Position numbers and translations under genes: made by a program. A DNA stretch of 64,000 nt, from the NCBI GenBank assembly GCA_036785375.1, contig JAWMAR010000105.1:2480001-2544000 (forward strand), given 5' to 3'. This document shows, in pieces, positions 27,350 through 40,633 of this stretch. The notes under the pieces are model-generated. The model saw only the letters and a list, made by a program, of their open reading frames with translations. It made no database searches and was not told where the DNA came from. Within the stretch, counting starts at the first letter, position 1, and each line of letters starts with the position of its first letter. This stretch comes from Leucoraja ocellata (Eukaryota).

Positions 27350-27460
27350 ATGTCGTCCACCGAAAGTAAATCCGATTCCAACCCGCGCAAAGTGCCGGCG
27401 GCGCGGTTCTTCGCCAGGCTGTCGACGCTGATGGAGAAGCCCGAGGTGCGAGGCTTCAGT
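27350..27460 (+). CDS. C16orf86: C16orf86-like / HSF-type domain protein, coding exon 1 (MSSTESKSDSNPRKVPAARFFARLSTLMEKPEVRGFS)
   Basis: ATG at 27350 in a CpG island; 111 nt, phase 0; donor GTGAGT at 27461. FFARLSTLME resembles HSF helix 1 (F..KL..lv). Joins in frame to 30930. Confidence 0.8.
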
Positions 27461-27478
27461 GTGAGTAACCTGCGCCCC

Positions 27479-27492
27479 GTCGCCCTGGCAAC
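27479..27492. promoter_or_regulatory. RFX X-box-like motif GTCGCCCTGGCAAC
   Basis: Near match to the X-box consensus GTNRCC(N)RGYAAC, 19 nt into intron 1 within the CpG island. Confidence 0.5.
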
Positions 27493-27599
27493 CTAGTGCC
27501 GCCCCTCGGAGCCTGGGCCCTGCCGCTGCACGGCTGCTTTCATCCGTTCACAGCGAGCCCGACCCGCTACTGCTCCCGGGAGCGATGCCTGGCCGACAC

Positions 27600-27995
27600 A
27601 TTTCTACTTTCGGCTTTAGGCACTGCAAATTATCTTCCACTTCTAATGAATCACTCCTCTTCTCACAGCACTTTCCCATGCAACCACAAGATGCAAGATC
27701 TGTCATTTTATCTCTTCCCTCTCCACCATCCAGAGCCACAAACAGTCCGTCCTCTTGCACTTCTTCCAACATATATTTTGGGCTCAGATCTAGTCTCTTC
27801 TATCATGAACAAACCAAATGAAGATGGGATGACTACAAAGCACTTGCTCAGCTCAAGCCTCAGCTTCGAATTGCCTATAAACTTAATTTTCTGTCCCACT
27901 CTAACTTCTTTAAATATTTCCTCCTGCACTATTATAGTAAAGCTCAATATAACTGGACATGTTGCAGTCTTCTGGACTCCATATTGACTTTAATT
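27600..27995 (+). mobile_element. Decayed Penelope-like fragment
   Basis: Degenerate similarity to the PLE body (gcactttcccatgcaaccacaagatgcaa). Confidence 0.55.
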
Positions 27996-30249
27996 ATAAC
28001 AATTTCAAATGTAAAGAAAATGACCAACACCAAGTAGTGAGGGATTATTCAGGTCATTGCATTTTAAAATTTAATAGACAGCAATTTATATATTGGATTA
28101 TGGCACAATGAAGGAACAATTTCCTTAGGAAACAGAATGTACATGTTTGGCAAGCATACATATGTCTCCTCTATTTAAAATATAGGATATAGAAAAAGTA
28201 CAAGCAGGAATAAGCGAAATGTCTGTGCCGAACATAATGCCAAGACAAACTTAACCGCGATCCATACCCCTCCGTTATTTGGATATACATGTGCTTATTT
28301 AAAAGCCTTTTAAACCCACTATCCTATCTGCCTCCACCTCCACCCCTGACAGCAGGTTCCAGACACCCACCACCCTCTGTGTAAAAAAATAACTTGCCTC
28401 ACAAATTTTCTTTAAAATTTGCTTCTCTCATTTTAAAGCTATAGCTTTTAGGCTTTAACATTTCCATCCTGGGAAGAAGATCCTGACTGTCCATCCTGTC
28501 TATGTATATTTAAAAAGATCACATGCATAATTATACCAGTTGGGAACTAAATTGGAAAGGTTAAAATTATTTTTACTTACCATTATTTCAGCCAACATGG
28601 GAACCAATTTTGTTCCAGAAATCTCAGCAAGATTCAGACTCTTGAGTGATCTAATCAGAATCATAGTATGTGGCATTTTTGGTTTGCTCCCTTGAAGCAT
28701 ATCTCCAGGGAATTTCTTTCAGGTCTGCAGGGAACCTATTTTCAAACTGTTGTAGAGTAATAATAATAATAATAATCTTTATTTATATAGCACTTTTCAA
28801 CAAAACCAGTATTTGAACCAAAGTGCTTTACAGAGATTGATTAAATTAATTGAACAGATCAAATGTCAATAAATCCATACAAAACAAAAAAAGAAAAAAA
28901 AAGAAAAAAGACACAGAACAGTACACTATAGAAATCAACATGAAACGTCCCCCCACAGCAGAATTCACTGTGAGGGAAGGCACTAAAAATATCCAGTTCT
29001 CCCCCATCATAGTCCACCCGAGGTCGGGGTCTATATGTGGCTTCCTCAGCCAACTCGATGTTCTCAGGCCCTCTGCCGCGAAGCTGGATCATCGGCGTCG
29101 GGTGAACATTCTTCAGCGGCCTGGACTGAAGCGGCCGCTTCCTCCCTGAAGACTGCAATGTCCAAAGGATGAGGTTCACCCTCAACAGCTATTTTGGCAA
29201 GTTCCCATGGATTTTCCCATGGCACAGGGATAAACAGAAACAAACTATGATTCCACCCTGCCCTGGTAGATTTAGGGTACCAGAGGTAGTGGGAACACAC
29301 TGAGTCAATGCAAGATTTTTCTTTCTCAGAATCCAGAATGAAATAAGTATAGATTGACTGAATGGTTGATTTATTGTGACTAAGGTGCACAACATATTAT
29401 CAAAAATCACATTGTGGGTTTGTGGTTAAAGCTCTTCATCACTGCATTTTAGCATTTTAGTGAGAATAACTGGTGCTGAGGCCTTGTTATTTTTGGGATG
29501 TGGTATGGTGGTTTTGACATCACATTCCACTCAAATTCCACTTGGGTAGCTTACAAAGCAGTGGTATGAACATCGAATTCTCCAATTTCAAGTGCTAACC
29601 CACATATTCCCTCTCTCTTTCCCATGGCCCCCTCCCTACCCCACTGCACATCCATTTCTCCCGCCATCACCCACACCCAGTTCCTTTTTCTTCTTTCATA
29701 CACTCATTTCCCATCTCCATTTTCCTTTCATCCAGCATCTGCATATTCCAGCATTTGCAGTTTCTTGTGTCTTCAAACCACAACCATTGCTCTATTTCAA
29801 TCTTTCTCACTGATAAGTTGTGTCTCATCTCCAACAAACTTCTCCCGTAGGAATGGAGCAAATTGTCTTTACTCCCGGGAAGCTATGACTACTAAGGTAG
29901 TCATTGATGTGAAATTCACCACCACCACCATCATGTGTCAGATCAGCCTTTGGTTGATTGAGGAAAAGGGTATCTGTACATCAAAACCTCAAACTTGGCA
30001 CATAGTCTATTGGGAAGCAGTCATCCCTCTCTACCTCTGTGTTTCTACGACTTGGACTATGTACTTTAGGTATTTCAAATGCTCCGCCAGTCCAGATGAA
30101 GGGTCCCAACCTGAAACTGTCCATTTCCCTCCACAGATGGTAGCTGACCAGTTGAGTTCCTCCACCAGTTTGGTTCTGTTCCCGATTCCAGCATCTGCAG
30201 TCTCTTATACCACCAATACCCATTGGCAAAATCCTCCAAATTCACAAGG

Positions 30250-30690
30250 ACAAGTGAACCAATATCAGTATTGTCTCTCAGGCCAACATCCTTATCATCG
30301 AATGCCTTTGAAATCGGCTACATTAGGCAGGCCATTCCTTTCAACAGACTGCAGAACGTCACTCTGAGGTCTTTAGTGAGAGTAAATTACATGATGGACA
30401 AAAGCAAAGTTCAAAGAATTGTTGAAGAAATGTAGTAGCTACTCCTGCAAATATCCAGCTTACGGCTGTTCAAAATGGAGAAGAAGCAATCAGAATGATG
30501 TTGAGAACTTTGCAACAATGCAGTGGGAGCGCACAGACGCCATGAATAAATGCATGCTACCTCACAAACTAAGCAGCCATTCACCCCATCAGCCACCTTC
30601 CTGTCCCATTTGTGGAAGAGCCTGCAGTTCGTCCATTGGCAGCAGAACACACAAAACTGGACTGGAAACAAGTCAATGTAGATCCTAAGG
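30250..30690 (+). mobile_element. Decayed RTE-like LINE fragment
   Basis: Degenerate RTE C-terminal character (CPICGRAC); related remnants at ~15370-15640 (+) and ~63190-63530 (-). Confidence 0.5.
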
Positions 30691-30929
30691 AACTGTCTCA
30701 AGAGTAAGGTGGTGGAAGTGCTAGAGTTCTCAGTGTACTCTCTCAGTTTCAAATTGATGTGGGTATCGTGGAGATATGCAAACACGAATAAAGAAAATGA
30801 GAGTCTTATTAAAAACAGACTTTTTTAAAATACTGTACTTCAGTAAGGAAATATATCACAATGTGGAGTTTACTCCTGGTTTAACATAAACAATGTTAAA
30901 ATGATTTTGCTGTTATCATTCTGTTTCAG

Positions 30930-31087
30930 TGGGATGAGAAAGGAAAGGCAGTTCTTGTGAATGCAAAGGTTTATGAAGAAGAAATCAAAATGTATGGGGA
31001 ACTACTGCCTGAGCTGAGGAACTATCAGAGTATGTCCATGCTTCACAGCTTACTATGTACCTATGGATTTAAAAAGAAGATGGCAAA
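30930..31087 (+). CDS. C16orf86: C16orf86-like / HSF-type domain protein, coding exon 2 (WDEKGKAVLVNAKVYEEEIK...LLCTYGFKKKMA)
   Basis: Acceptor ctgtttcag; donor GTATGT at 31088 (phase 2). WD..G...V and YGF.K are HSF DNA-binding-domain motifs. Confidence 0.8.
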
Positions 31088-31180
31088 GTATGTAATTGAA
31101 TTGAAAAACATTGTCAACATAAAATTGTTGACTGTATAGCAAGGATATTTAATAATTTGCACAATCTGAGACAATTGACA

Positions 31181-31422
31181 CACATAGAATGGTGAATCTC
31201 TGGAACTCTCTGCCACAGAGGGTAGTCGAGGCCAGTTCATTGGCTATATTTAAGAGGGAGTTAGATGTGGCCCTTGTGGCTAAGGGGATCAGAGGGTATG
31301 GAGAGAAGGCAGGTACGGGATACTGAGTTGGATGATCAGCCATGATCATATTGAATGGCGGTGCAGGTTCGAAGGGCCAAATGGCCTACTCCTGCACCTA
31401 ATTTCTATGTTTCTATGTTTCT
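31181..31422 (+). mobile_element. CR1-clade LINE 3' end
   Basis: Near-identical to 8919-9160 in reverse; ttctatgt tail. Confidence 0.9.
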
Positions 31423-32237
31423 AATTGTCTTCTCATAGCATTTCTGAAATCCTTAATTTCAAATTATACTTTCTGCAGAACAAATCTCCAGAACAATAAT
31501 TGCAACAGCAGAAACATCTGTTCCAGTAATTATTCCAAATTTTATAAAGTAAAATTAAAGTGATTACTTAATTAAGTAGCACAACTGAACATCTTCAGTT
31601 ACAATCTCTCCTTTGAATACAGTTTCCCAGTAACACCTCCATAGGGCTGAATATTTTATAGAGATTTAGCAGAGCCTTTATTGGTAACTTATTGAAGAAG
31701 GTGGAATCCATAGTGGAAGTCATAAAGCAAGGCTTTCAATACTAAAATGAAGGGAGTGGGTGCCCAAGGGAGAGAAATAAGGAATAAGACTCGTTGAGGG
31801 AGAAACAGACGCGTGTAAAATTGGGGAAAGTTACAGAGACTGGATAGTCAAAGTTGCAGACAGATGGAAAAAAACTAAGGGCATTATTAAAATATTTCAG
31901 TAAATTGCTGTATTGTATATGGAATTAGTTTCATTCAGTTTCAAATTAGTATAAATAGCAAAAAAAATTCAATGACAACCTTCAAAAATGTCTTTTCAGT
32001 AAAGCACAAATAATGACATTATATAACCATTAGTGCTTTGAGGTTATTAAGGAGGATTCTCCAGAGCCTCCTTAATCTCTGTGCCCTATCTGAAACATGA
32101 CCTATAACTGTGTTAGCATCTTACATGGTAAACTTGCACTTAAATATAATTAACTCAGACATTTCCCCAGCTGCAGTCTCGTGGTAGTGTGTGTTTCCTG
32201 GCCGTCTTTTAATGAATGCAAAAGAAAATATATTTTA

Positions 32238-33283
32238 CAGTGCCCTCCATAATGTTTGGGACAAAGACCCATCATTTATTTATTTGCCTCTGTACTCCAC
32301 AATTTGAGATTTGTCATTTTAAAAAAATCACGTGGTTAAAGTGCACATTGTCAGATTTTTGTAAAGGGTATTTTTATACATTTTGGTTTCATCGTGTACA
32401 GTGTACAGTGTACAGCATAGTCCCCTCATTTCAGGGCACCATAATGTTTGGGACACATGGGCTCATGGGCGTTTGTAATTGCTCAGGTGTGTTTAATTGC
32501 ATCCTTAACGCAGGTATAAGAGAGCTCTCTTCAGGAGTCAGGTGTGGATTTGTCAATGACCGTTGTCCGCAGAAGATTTCATGAACAGAAATACAGAGGT
32601 TACATTGAAAGATGCAAATCACTGGTTAACCGCATAAATAGAATGGCCCGGTTACAATTTGCCAAGGAGTACTTAAAAGAGCAACCGCAGTTCTGGAAAA
32701 ATGTCTTGTGGACAGATGAGACGAAGATTAACTTATATCAGAGTGATGGCAAGAGCAAAGTATGAAGGAGAGAAGGAACTGCCCAAGATTCAAAGCATGC
32801 CACAAAGGAGTTTTTCAAAGCTAAAAAATGGTCAATTCTTGAGAGGCCAAGTCAATCACCCTATTTGAACCCAATTGAGCATGCCTTTTATATGCTGAAA
32901 AGAAAACTGAAGGGGCCGAGCCCCCAAAACAAGCATAAGCTAAAGATGGCTGCAATACCTGTATGGCAGAGCATCACCAGAGAAGACACCCAGCAACTGG
33001 TGATGTCCATGAATCGCAGACTTCAGTCATTGCATGCAAAGGATATGCAACAAAATACTAAACATGACTACTTTAATTTACATGGCATTGCTGAGTCCAA
33101 AACATTATGGTGCCCTAAAATGGGGGGACTATGTATAAATACTGCTGTAATTTCTACATGATGAAACCAAAATGTATAAAAATGGCCTTTATCAAAATCT
33201 GACAATGTGCACTTTAACCAAATCTCAAATTGTGGAGTACAAATAAATAAATGATGGGTCTTTGTGCCAAATGGATGGCACTG
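32238..33283 (+). mobile_element. Tc1-like DNA transposon, internally deleted
   Basis: TA-CAGTG...CACTG-TA ends, long imperfect TIRs; remnants RLQFAKEYL..FWKNVLWTDETKINL and (L)NPIEH. Confidence 0.92.
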
Positions 33284-34627
33284 TATCTAAGTACAACAGG
33301 GCTACTCTTTTAAAAAACATATTAGCCTAAATATTGACAATGCTTTCTCATAAATTAGAATATATATTTTCTACATTATTTGTATTAGCTTGATTTCTGT
33401 ACACGATTGATCAGTTCAGATGTAGCGTGATTTATATAGCTGAAATTTGATTTTGTAATCAAATTATAATTTATATTATAATATAAATCCCCCAAAAACT
33501 CAAATATAAAATGTCAAAGAATTATTGGGAAGTTATGTTACAATATAACATATTTAGCTCCAAATTATTTTCCTGGAATAAGTGCAAGATTCTATCAACG
33601 GCAATACGTTTTCATACAATAGTTTGACTAATATTTGCCAATGAAATGCTTTCGTGAGATATAGTAATGCTACTTTTGGTAAAAATGATTTTTTTTAAAT
33701 TCTTAAGATTGGCTGTTTAAGTAGCTTAGGTGTGTGCCATGCAACTTGCATTTGTTTAAACATGCCACAGGTTTGATACCTGGTTTGTACTAAAGCTTTC
33801 CCAAATAGCAAGTTTGTTGTTATGAGCTCAAAATGATTAAGAATTTACTATAACCTTGGATTCATGGGTTAAGGAACAATTAGAGGCTTTGTAACCAAAC
33901 ATTGCCCTACCTGGGGGGCAGGGAAATTCAACCGGTATGTCTGCTGCAGAAAAATACCCTGCGACCCTTACTATAAAACTTTGCTTTAGCTTTGTTTATT
34001 CACCCCAACATGCTAATCATTGTGCAGTGGAGAATGGAGACCAACCAACTCTCCTGAGGTCTCTATGGGTAGTGACCAGTTGAAACAAAAAATAATTCAC
34101 TTTTCTCATTATAGAATATGTGAATATCATGCAAGAATTGAGAATATATTTAAAAAATGATCCCAAAATTGAATAAAATGCCCATATTACTCACGATTCA
34201 CTGGTGCTAGATGGAATACATCTAGCTAATTATATTGGAGGCGGTGATGGAAGAAATTAGGGAAAACCATTGAGACTGCACCAGAAAGTAACCTTTAATT
34301 TTCACACATTGCTGCAGAGAACGGGAAAATTATTTCTGTTTCAATTGGTAATCAGCTAGTAACAACGGGAAGGAAAAGTTCCTGACCTGTACTTTTTCAA
34401 ACTTTACATAGTCGTAAGCATAATATAAATAAAGAAGCTTAATTCAATATCCATTACATCAGGTAAAATATGTTATATAATAATATCAAATTAAGTGGAT
34501 TGAACAGTGCAAAAGATATTCTACATTAAACATGCAAGGAACAGAAAAGCTATTAATAGCTATTGTAAAACTATTATATAATACTATTAATACATTTTAA
34601 AGGAATATCTCTTTATCAACAAGATTC

Positions 34628-34766
34628 TTCTTCTTTTTGCGTATGGGGTGCACAGCCTAAAGTTGTAGGACAACTCGTTCTATTTGATCTTATTTGATTG
34701 TGCATGCCGGGTTGATTGCATTCGTCGAAAAAGGGCGGTCCAAGTGAATGTTGCAATCTTCCACCC
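34628..34766 (-). mobile_element. Short 5'-truncated retroposon tip with (GAA)n tail
   Basis: TSD caacaagattc at 34617-34627 and 34767-34777. Confidence 0.65.
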
Positions 34767-37015
34767 CAACAAGATTCCACCCCAACTACTTGCACATCTC
34801 AGGAAAAAAAACAAAATTCTTAACTGTTAACAAAATTGTGGTCTTGAAATCCAAGGGTTGCAAGCCTCTTTTCCAAAGTATACCGACAGCTTTTCACAGG
34901 CAAAAAGATTGCGGGTTGGGCTTTACAAGGTGTAAAACCTATAATTGGATGTAGCAGTTAAAAATGATATAATCAAGAAATTCAAATTTCGTATTTAAAA
35001 CAAATAAAAAGCCATAAATCGACTTTTATAATTAATGACATCAAAAGCGAAACAACGATTCTTAAAGCAAGTTCTTAAAGCACCTTTCTTAAACACAAGC
35101 CTTTTAGCTCCTAAATCTTTGTCCAATAATTCTCATTGAAATGAATGAGATCTCAGCCCCGTCCGCCAGGGCTTCTGTGATTCATATTCTGAGAATTCCC
35201 TCAGCAGCACCTATCGACACCACCAGTAATAGACAGTAAGATCTGTTCCGCCGTATCCTATTTCCCGAATCAGAACGGCAGTAGATAATAACAAGGAATA
35301 ACAGAGTGGTGAGGAAAATATGGAAGTAGAAAAAATGATAAAAGATATTTACGGTGTAAATATTGTTTGCCTCTTGCTGCGAAGCTTGGTCTGTGGGGGC
35401 GTCTCCAGCATCTGTGTTAAAGTATATTAAATGACTTTAGACTGTAGCTTTCTACCCCAGTGGTAATTTGGGACCTCAAAGTCAAAGACAGTTTGACTTC
35501 GCACTGTCGTTAGTAGTCTGAAGCTGCTGGTAGGTGGGGATGCCTACACTACATGTAAAATTGGAGTTAAATATTGTGAACGTTGAAAATAAAATATAAA
35601 TGCTGGAAATACTCGGCTGATCCAGCATCATTTGTAGGGATTAAATAGAGGAATGATAAAACAGATTATTATTCAAATCATGCATTAAGGGTGGCAAATT
35701 GATTATTTTTTCAAGGGGAAATGTGATAGACGTCCATGAGAGGCACATGTAGGGTAGACAGTCAGAACCTATTTTTTTCTAGGGTGTAAATGTCAAAAGG
35801 CTAGAGGACAGATCTTTATGGTGAAATTGGGCAAAGTTTAAAGGTGGCAATTCATTTTACACAAATAGTGGGTGCCTGAAAACAAAGTGGTGGTGGAGGC
35901 AGATGCAGTCGTGGCATTTCAGAGGCTTTTAGATAGGCACATGAATGTACAGTGAATAGAGGGGTGTGAATTACGTGCAGGCAGATGATATTGGCATCAT
36001 GTTTACACAGACTGAAGGCCGAAGACCTGTTCATGTGCTGTACTTTTCAATGTTCTATGTAAAGAGGTTGAGGGTCCTGAAGCATGAAATGCTTAAAGCT
36101 AGCGTACTGTTGCAGTGGGAAATCTAATGGAATGCAGTAACAGGGAACGACATGCTGATTTACTGAGAAAGACACAAATGCTGGAGTAACTCAGTGGATC
36201 AGGCAGCACATCCTTGGAGAACATGGATAGGTGACATTTCAGACCAGGTACCTTCTTCATACTGATTGCAGGGGTGGGGGGGGGGGGGGGGGAAGGAGAG
36301 CTAATGGAATGCTATTTTACTTCAATTGGGTTGGAGTATAAAAGGTAGTAAATCTTGCATCAACTGTATAAAACACTAGTGAGACCACAGCTAGAGTACT
36401 GTATATAATTTTGCTTTCCCTATTTAAGGAAACATTATCTTTGGAGGTTGTTCAAGGAAAGTTGAATCCAGGTATGGATGAGAAAAGCTTGAACAGGTTG
36501 GATTTATACTCAGGGTTTAGAGAGGCAATCTATTGAAATATGTTACATTCATAGGTCACACAAAATAACTATGCAGACCATTTCTGATCCATGGTCGTAA
36601 GATTGCAGACCAACATTGCTATCATTTTGTTTTGATATTCTGAAAAAACTCAAAAGCTCTTAATAATAACATTTTTCAAATAAATCTATTGAAAGCAAGA
36701 TTATTAGAGCTATGCATTAAATGTTACTTTAAGTTAATTTTGTTGGATTTTGCAGATATGTGATAACTTCTTCGGGCGGGTGGGACTAGTGTAAATGGGG
36801 CATCTTGGTTGGCATGAGCATGCTGGGCCGAAGTGCCTGTTTACGTGCTTGATAACTATAAAAAGGCAAAAAGGGGACATAAAATGATGAAAAATATAAA
36901 ATCTTTTCAGCATTTAACCTAACTCATCGCATGCATTGAATTATTTTCTATTACGCGCATTCAACTTAATTGTAATTTGGTTAATGAATTGCATTGTTTT
37001 TTCCTATACTTCTAG

Positions 37016-37239
37016 GGCCAGTGCAGAAGTCCACATTTTTCAGCATCCAGATTTCACAAAAGAACACTCATACAAAGATCTTGAGAGTGAAAGCAGTAAA
37101 CCTGATACTTCAACAGTTACTTTACAGCAGAAGAGAGCCCATAAGAAAAAGCGACGCAATGACGGGGTGGTGCTGCTAAATAGTACAGCAATCTCTCCAA
37201 AAACATCCACAGTATCTCTGGAAAATAACAGCAAAATAT
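37016..37239 (+). CDS. C16orf86: C16orf86-like, coding exon 3 (ASAEVHIFQHPDF...AHKKKRRN...)
   Basis: Acceptor cttctag; phase-2 entry completes AAG; donor GTAAGT at 37240 (phase 1). FQHPDF matches the HSF DBD C-terminal F.HP.F motif; basic NLS-like HKKKRR. Confidence 0.85.
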
Positions 37240-38286
37240 GTAAGTTAAATAAATATTGTGTAATATCTTTTTGCACCATGAACATTTCTCAAACTTTAAA
37301 TTAACTATAGTTTACCAGCATGAATATATTCACAGACCAATTATGTCAGAGATTGGGGAGTGTAGTTAATAAATCCACATCTTTCCTAGTTAGAATACAA
37401 TCCAAATTGATGATGTCAATGTCCTATCCCTGCCAGCGTAAATATTCTAAATAAGACAAGCCTGACCACTCTTTCCACTCCCTGTGGATCACAGCGAAGT
37501 TCTGTGCAGTCCAGACAAATGAACCCCAAATTAATGATCTTGCTTGAAGTGGGCAATAAGGACAGCTGAAGTGGGAAATGGACCTATCTTCAGAAATTAA
37601 CTTATGCTACAATGGTGGCACACTTACTATTATGCATCTTGTATATTGCACCCATCAAATTTGCCATGGTCATAGAGTCAACTACTTTCACCCTTTTCTG
37701 TAAAATGTAAAGATGTGGAATCCCAAAATATTAAATACAACATTTATTATTTTCTATGAATATATACACAATTTGCAAAATATTCAGTTAATCTGGAGAA
37801 TTGTCCATTGAGATGAACGGTAGATAGGGTTTATCACAACACATTAATGTAGCACCCTCAAACACAGGAAAATGTTCCAAACCATTTCAACAGTCTAATC
37901 AGACTGAAAGGGCACAGGCACAAAGGAGTTGTTATCGGACATATGAACAACCATTGGATGAGAGAGTTAGGTTTCAAGAGGAGCCAGGAGAAAAATATTT
38001 CAGAACTTGATGTCTTGAGAATTGCAAGACTGCTAATGGCGGAGGAGAGTGTATTAATGCCTTTAAAATGGAGATTAATTAAGAGTGGCGAGAGTGTTTT
38101 GAGTTACAAATATCAAAGTACTTAACAGGACAATGAGAGATGGAAGTGTACCAGTATAAAATGCAGTTCAATTGCAATGTGAGTGATAGACGAAAACCCA
38201 ACTTCGATGGTTCTTTCAGAAAATGCTCAACAGTTTTGATTGAGCTGTCATTTATGGCATTTGGAAGATGGGGAGAATGGCAGGCC

Positions 38287-38692
38287 ATAAGACACAGGAA
38301 CAGAATTAGGCCTTTCAGCCCATCGAGTCTACTCCGCCATTCATTCATGGTTGATCAACCTTTCCCACCTCAACCCCATTCTCCTGCCTTCTCCCCAAAA
38401 CCTTTAACACCCTTCCTAATCAAGAACTTATCAATCACTGCCTTAAAAATACCCAAATGTTTAGGCTTCCACAACCATCTGTGGCAATGAATTCCACAGA
38501 TTCACCACCCTCTGCTAAATAAATTCCTCCTCATCTCCATTTTGAAGGAATGTCCTTTTATTCTGAAGCTGTGCCCTCTGGTCCTAGACACTCCCACTAC
38601 TGGAAACATCCTTTCCACATCCACTCTATCTAAGCCTTTCATTATCCGGTAGGTTTCAATGAGATCCCCCCCTCACTCTTCTAAACTCCAGC
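38287..38692 (-). mobile_element. CR1-clade LINE 3' end
   Basis: Similar to the other CR1 3' copies in the window. Confidence 0.85.
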
Positions 38693-39410
38693 CAAGACCA
38701 GGGGTACAGAGAGGTAGTAATGACATTTGTACCAGGAACCAGATGTCAGCTAAGCAGTGCTTAATATTTATGTTCAACTACTAAAATAAAATATATAGCT
38801 TATCCTGTCTGCCTGGGTGACGTGCCAAAATATTTATTCTTTAACCAACATTCAAAATGGAGTCACAGTATCAATGCTATGTGTGGGGCCTTGTAAAGCA
38901 CAAATTGTATCTCAAGTTTCTCACCCAGAACAGCGTCTCAAATTCAAAAAATCTTTTTGAAAGTAAAGTACTTAGATATGTTGTGAAGGATGGTTTTTAA
39001 ATGAAAGTTTCTTTGTATAAAATTATGTAGTGATATCTCATTACAAATCTTTAAAGCACAGGATGTTCCATTTGGCCTAAGTAGTCTCCTATCGTCTATT
39101 ATTTAAAAAATCAATATTCAGAGGTTTGGTTTTATTGGTTAGTTATAATGATTGGCAGTTCATCTGCTTACATTCGAGTACATTTTTATCAATGTTTATA
39201 TGATAGAAGTTTTATTTACCTGACACATTATCTGCTGCAATTTTCCAATCGATTGCATCATAAATGGTTTCAAGATTAATATAAATTGGTAGCCCTTAAA
39301 ATTATATTTACTGACAATTATATTTAGCTTACTTTGCCTGACTATTGCTAATTTCAGCAGAAAATTGAGCTTTTTAAGTTTGCTTCATGTGCACAGCTCT
39401 CGTTTTATAG

Positions 39411-39581
39411 TATCTGCAGGAAAACAACGGCGGATGTTATACCAATACATCAATTTTGATAATCCAGAATTTAACATAATTACTGCTGCTGAGAGTGATA
39501 AAGAACAGAGCATCCAGGAAAATGTTAGTGAGAGCAAAGCAAAAGTACCCATTCCGAACCATCAAACAGCACGACCAACAG
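39411..39581 (+). CDS. C16orf86: C16orf86-like, coding exon 4 (SAGKQRRMLYQYINFDNPEFN...)
   Basis: Acceptor ttttatag; donor GTAATT at 39582; phase 1/1. LYQYINFDNPE resembles the LYQY.NY.NPE motif I recall from mammalian C16orf86. Confidence 0.85.
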
Positions 39582-40633
39582 GTAATTCCACATTCACAAA
39601 TGCACAGTTCAATTTATTTAATTTAATGTATTCTGATTTGAAGAAAAAAATGTTTTCTCTGTCATCTACATCCAAATCTTAACTAGCAAGAATGGAGGAT
39701 GGGTTAGTTGAACTGAGACAAGATCAAGTTCTGTGATACAGAATCTCAGATTCTGCCAAGTGCTCACTTTGGAGGTCGGTTGTGTTATGGTAGGCGGAAG
39801 GAGAGCAGAGATAAAATAATCTTCCCAACTTTAGTGGTCCAAGCCAATAATCAAGAAAGACACAAAGTGCTGGAGTAACTCAGCAGGTCAGGCAAGATAT
39901 CTGGAGAAAAATAATGGGTGACATTTCGAGTCGGGACCCTTCTTCAGAATGAATGTAGGGGTGGTGGGGGAGAAGGGATGGGCGGTGAAGAGCTGGAGAC
40001 CTGAACCAACCAGGGAACCAACAATCAAGATAGTTGTGTGATAGGTTAAATGTTCAATTGATTATAACCCTACAATACTGTAAAGGATTTACAGCATTCT
40101 GATCCTTTCAGATCCTCTCAGAAAGATTCAGTGGTCTCCAGGTGAGAAGAAAATTTTTACTCATTTTGGCCCAAGGAGAATTTTTTAAATTGTGGTCGTT
40201 TAAATAAAGCATGAGGATATTTGGCATATCTCACACCTCAGGCATCTTTTTTACCAGTGCATTAAATTGACTTGTTCACTGTCAAATGTCAGAGGGAACA
40301 TTTAGATTTATGGAAATGTTACTTTTTCTTTGACTCCATATTGGTTAATGTGTTTCTGTCCATATTACTGGCTTTTACCATTCACGTGTTCATCAATAAC
40401 AATGTGTTTATTTGTGCTTAATCATGCACTTTCTAGCAGGATAGGAAATTTTCATAATTAATTAATGTTTTCATTCAGTCAATTCAAAACATTTAATTGT
40501 TGCAGAGTTCAAGAATACCATTGTTCCATCGTTAAAAATCTTCACATCAATGCCAATCGTATTTTAGGTCTAAAAGCCAAAATTAAATACAGTTTTGTTA
40601 TATGTCTTCAACCCCTTATTGAAACCACAGATA

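Larger units (their letters stand above)
27185..27600. promoter_or_regulatory. CpG island / promoter of the C16orf86-like gene, possibly bidirectional
   Basis: Sharp GC/CpG enrichment around the first coding exon; a minus-strand donor-like GTAAGG at 27205-27210. Confidence 0.75.

Noticed and set aside
29624-30367. 247 aa ORF
   Set aside because: A mosaic of decayed repeat fragments in intron 1; no domain.
39414-39421. Alternative acceptor ctgcag|GA for exon 4
   Set aside because: With the phase-1 T from exon 3 it would create TGA; the acceptor at 39410/39411 keeps the frame open.
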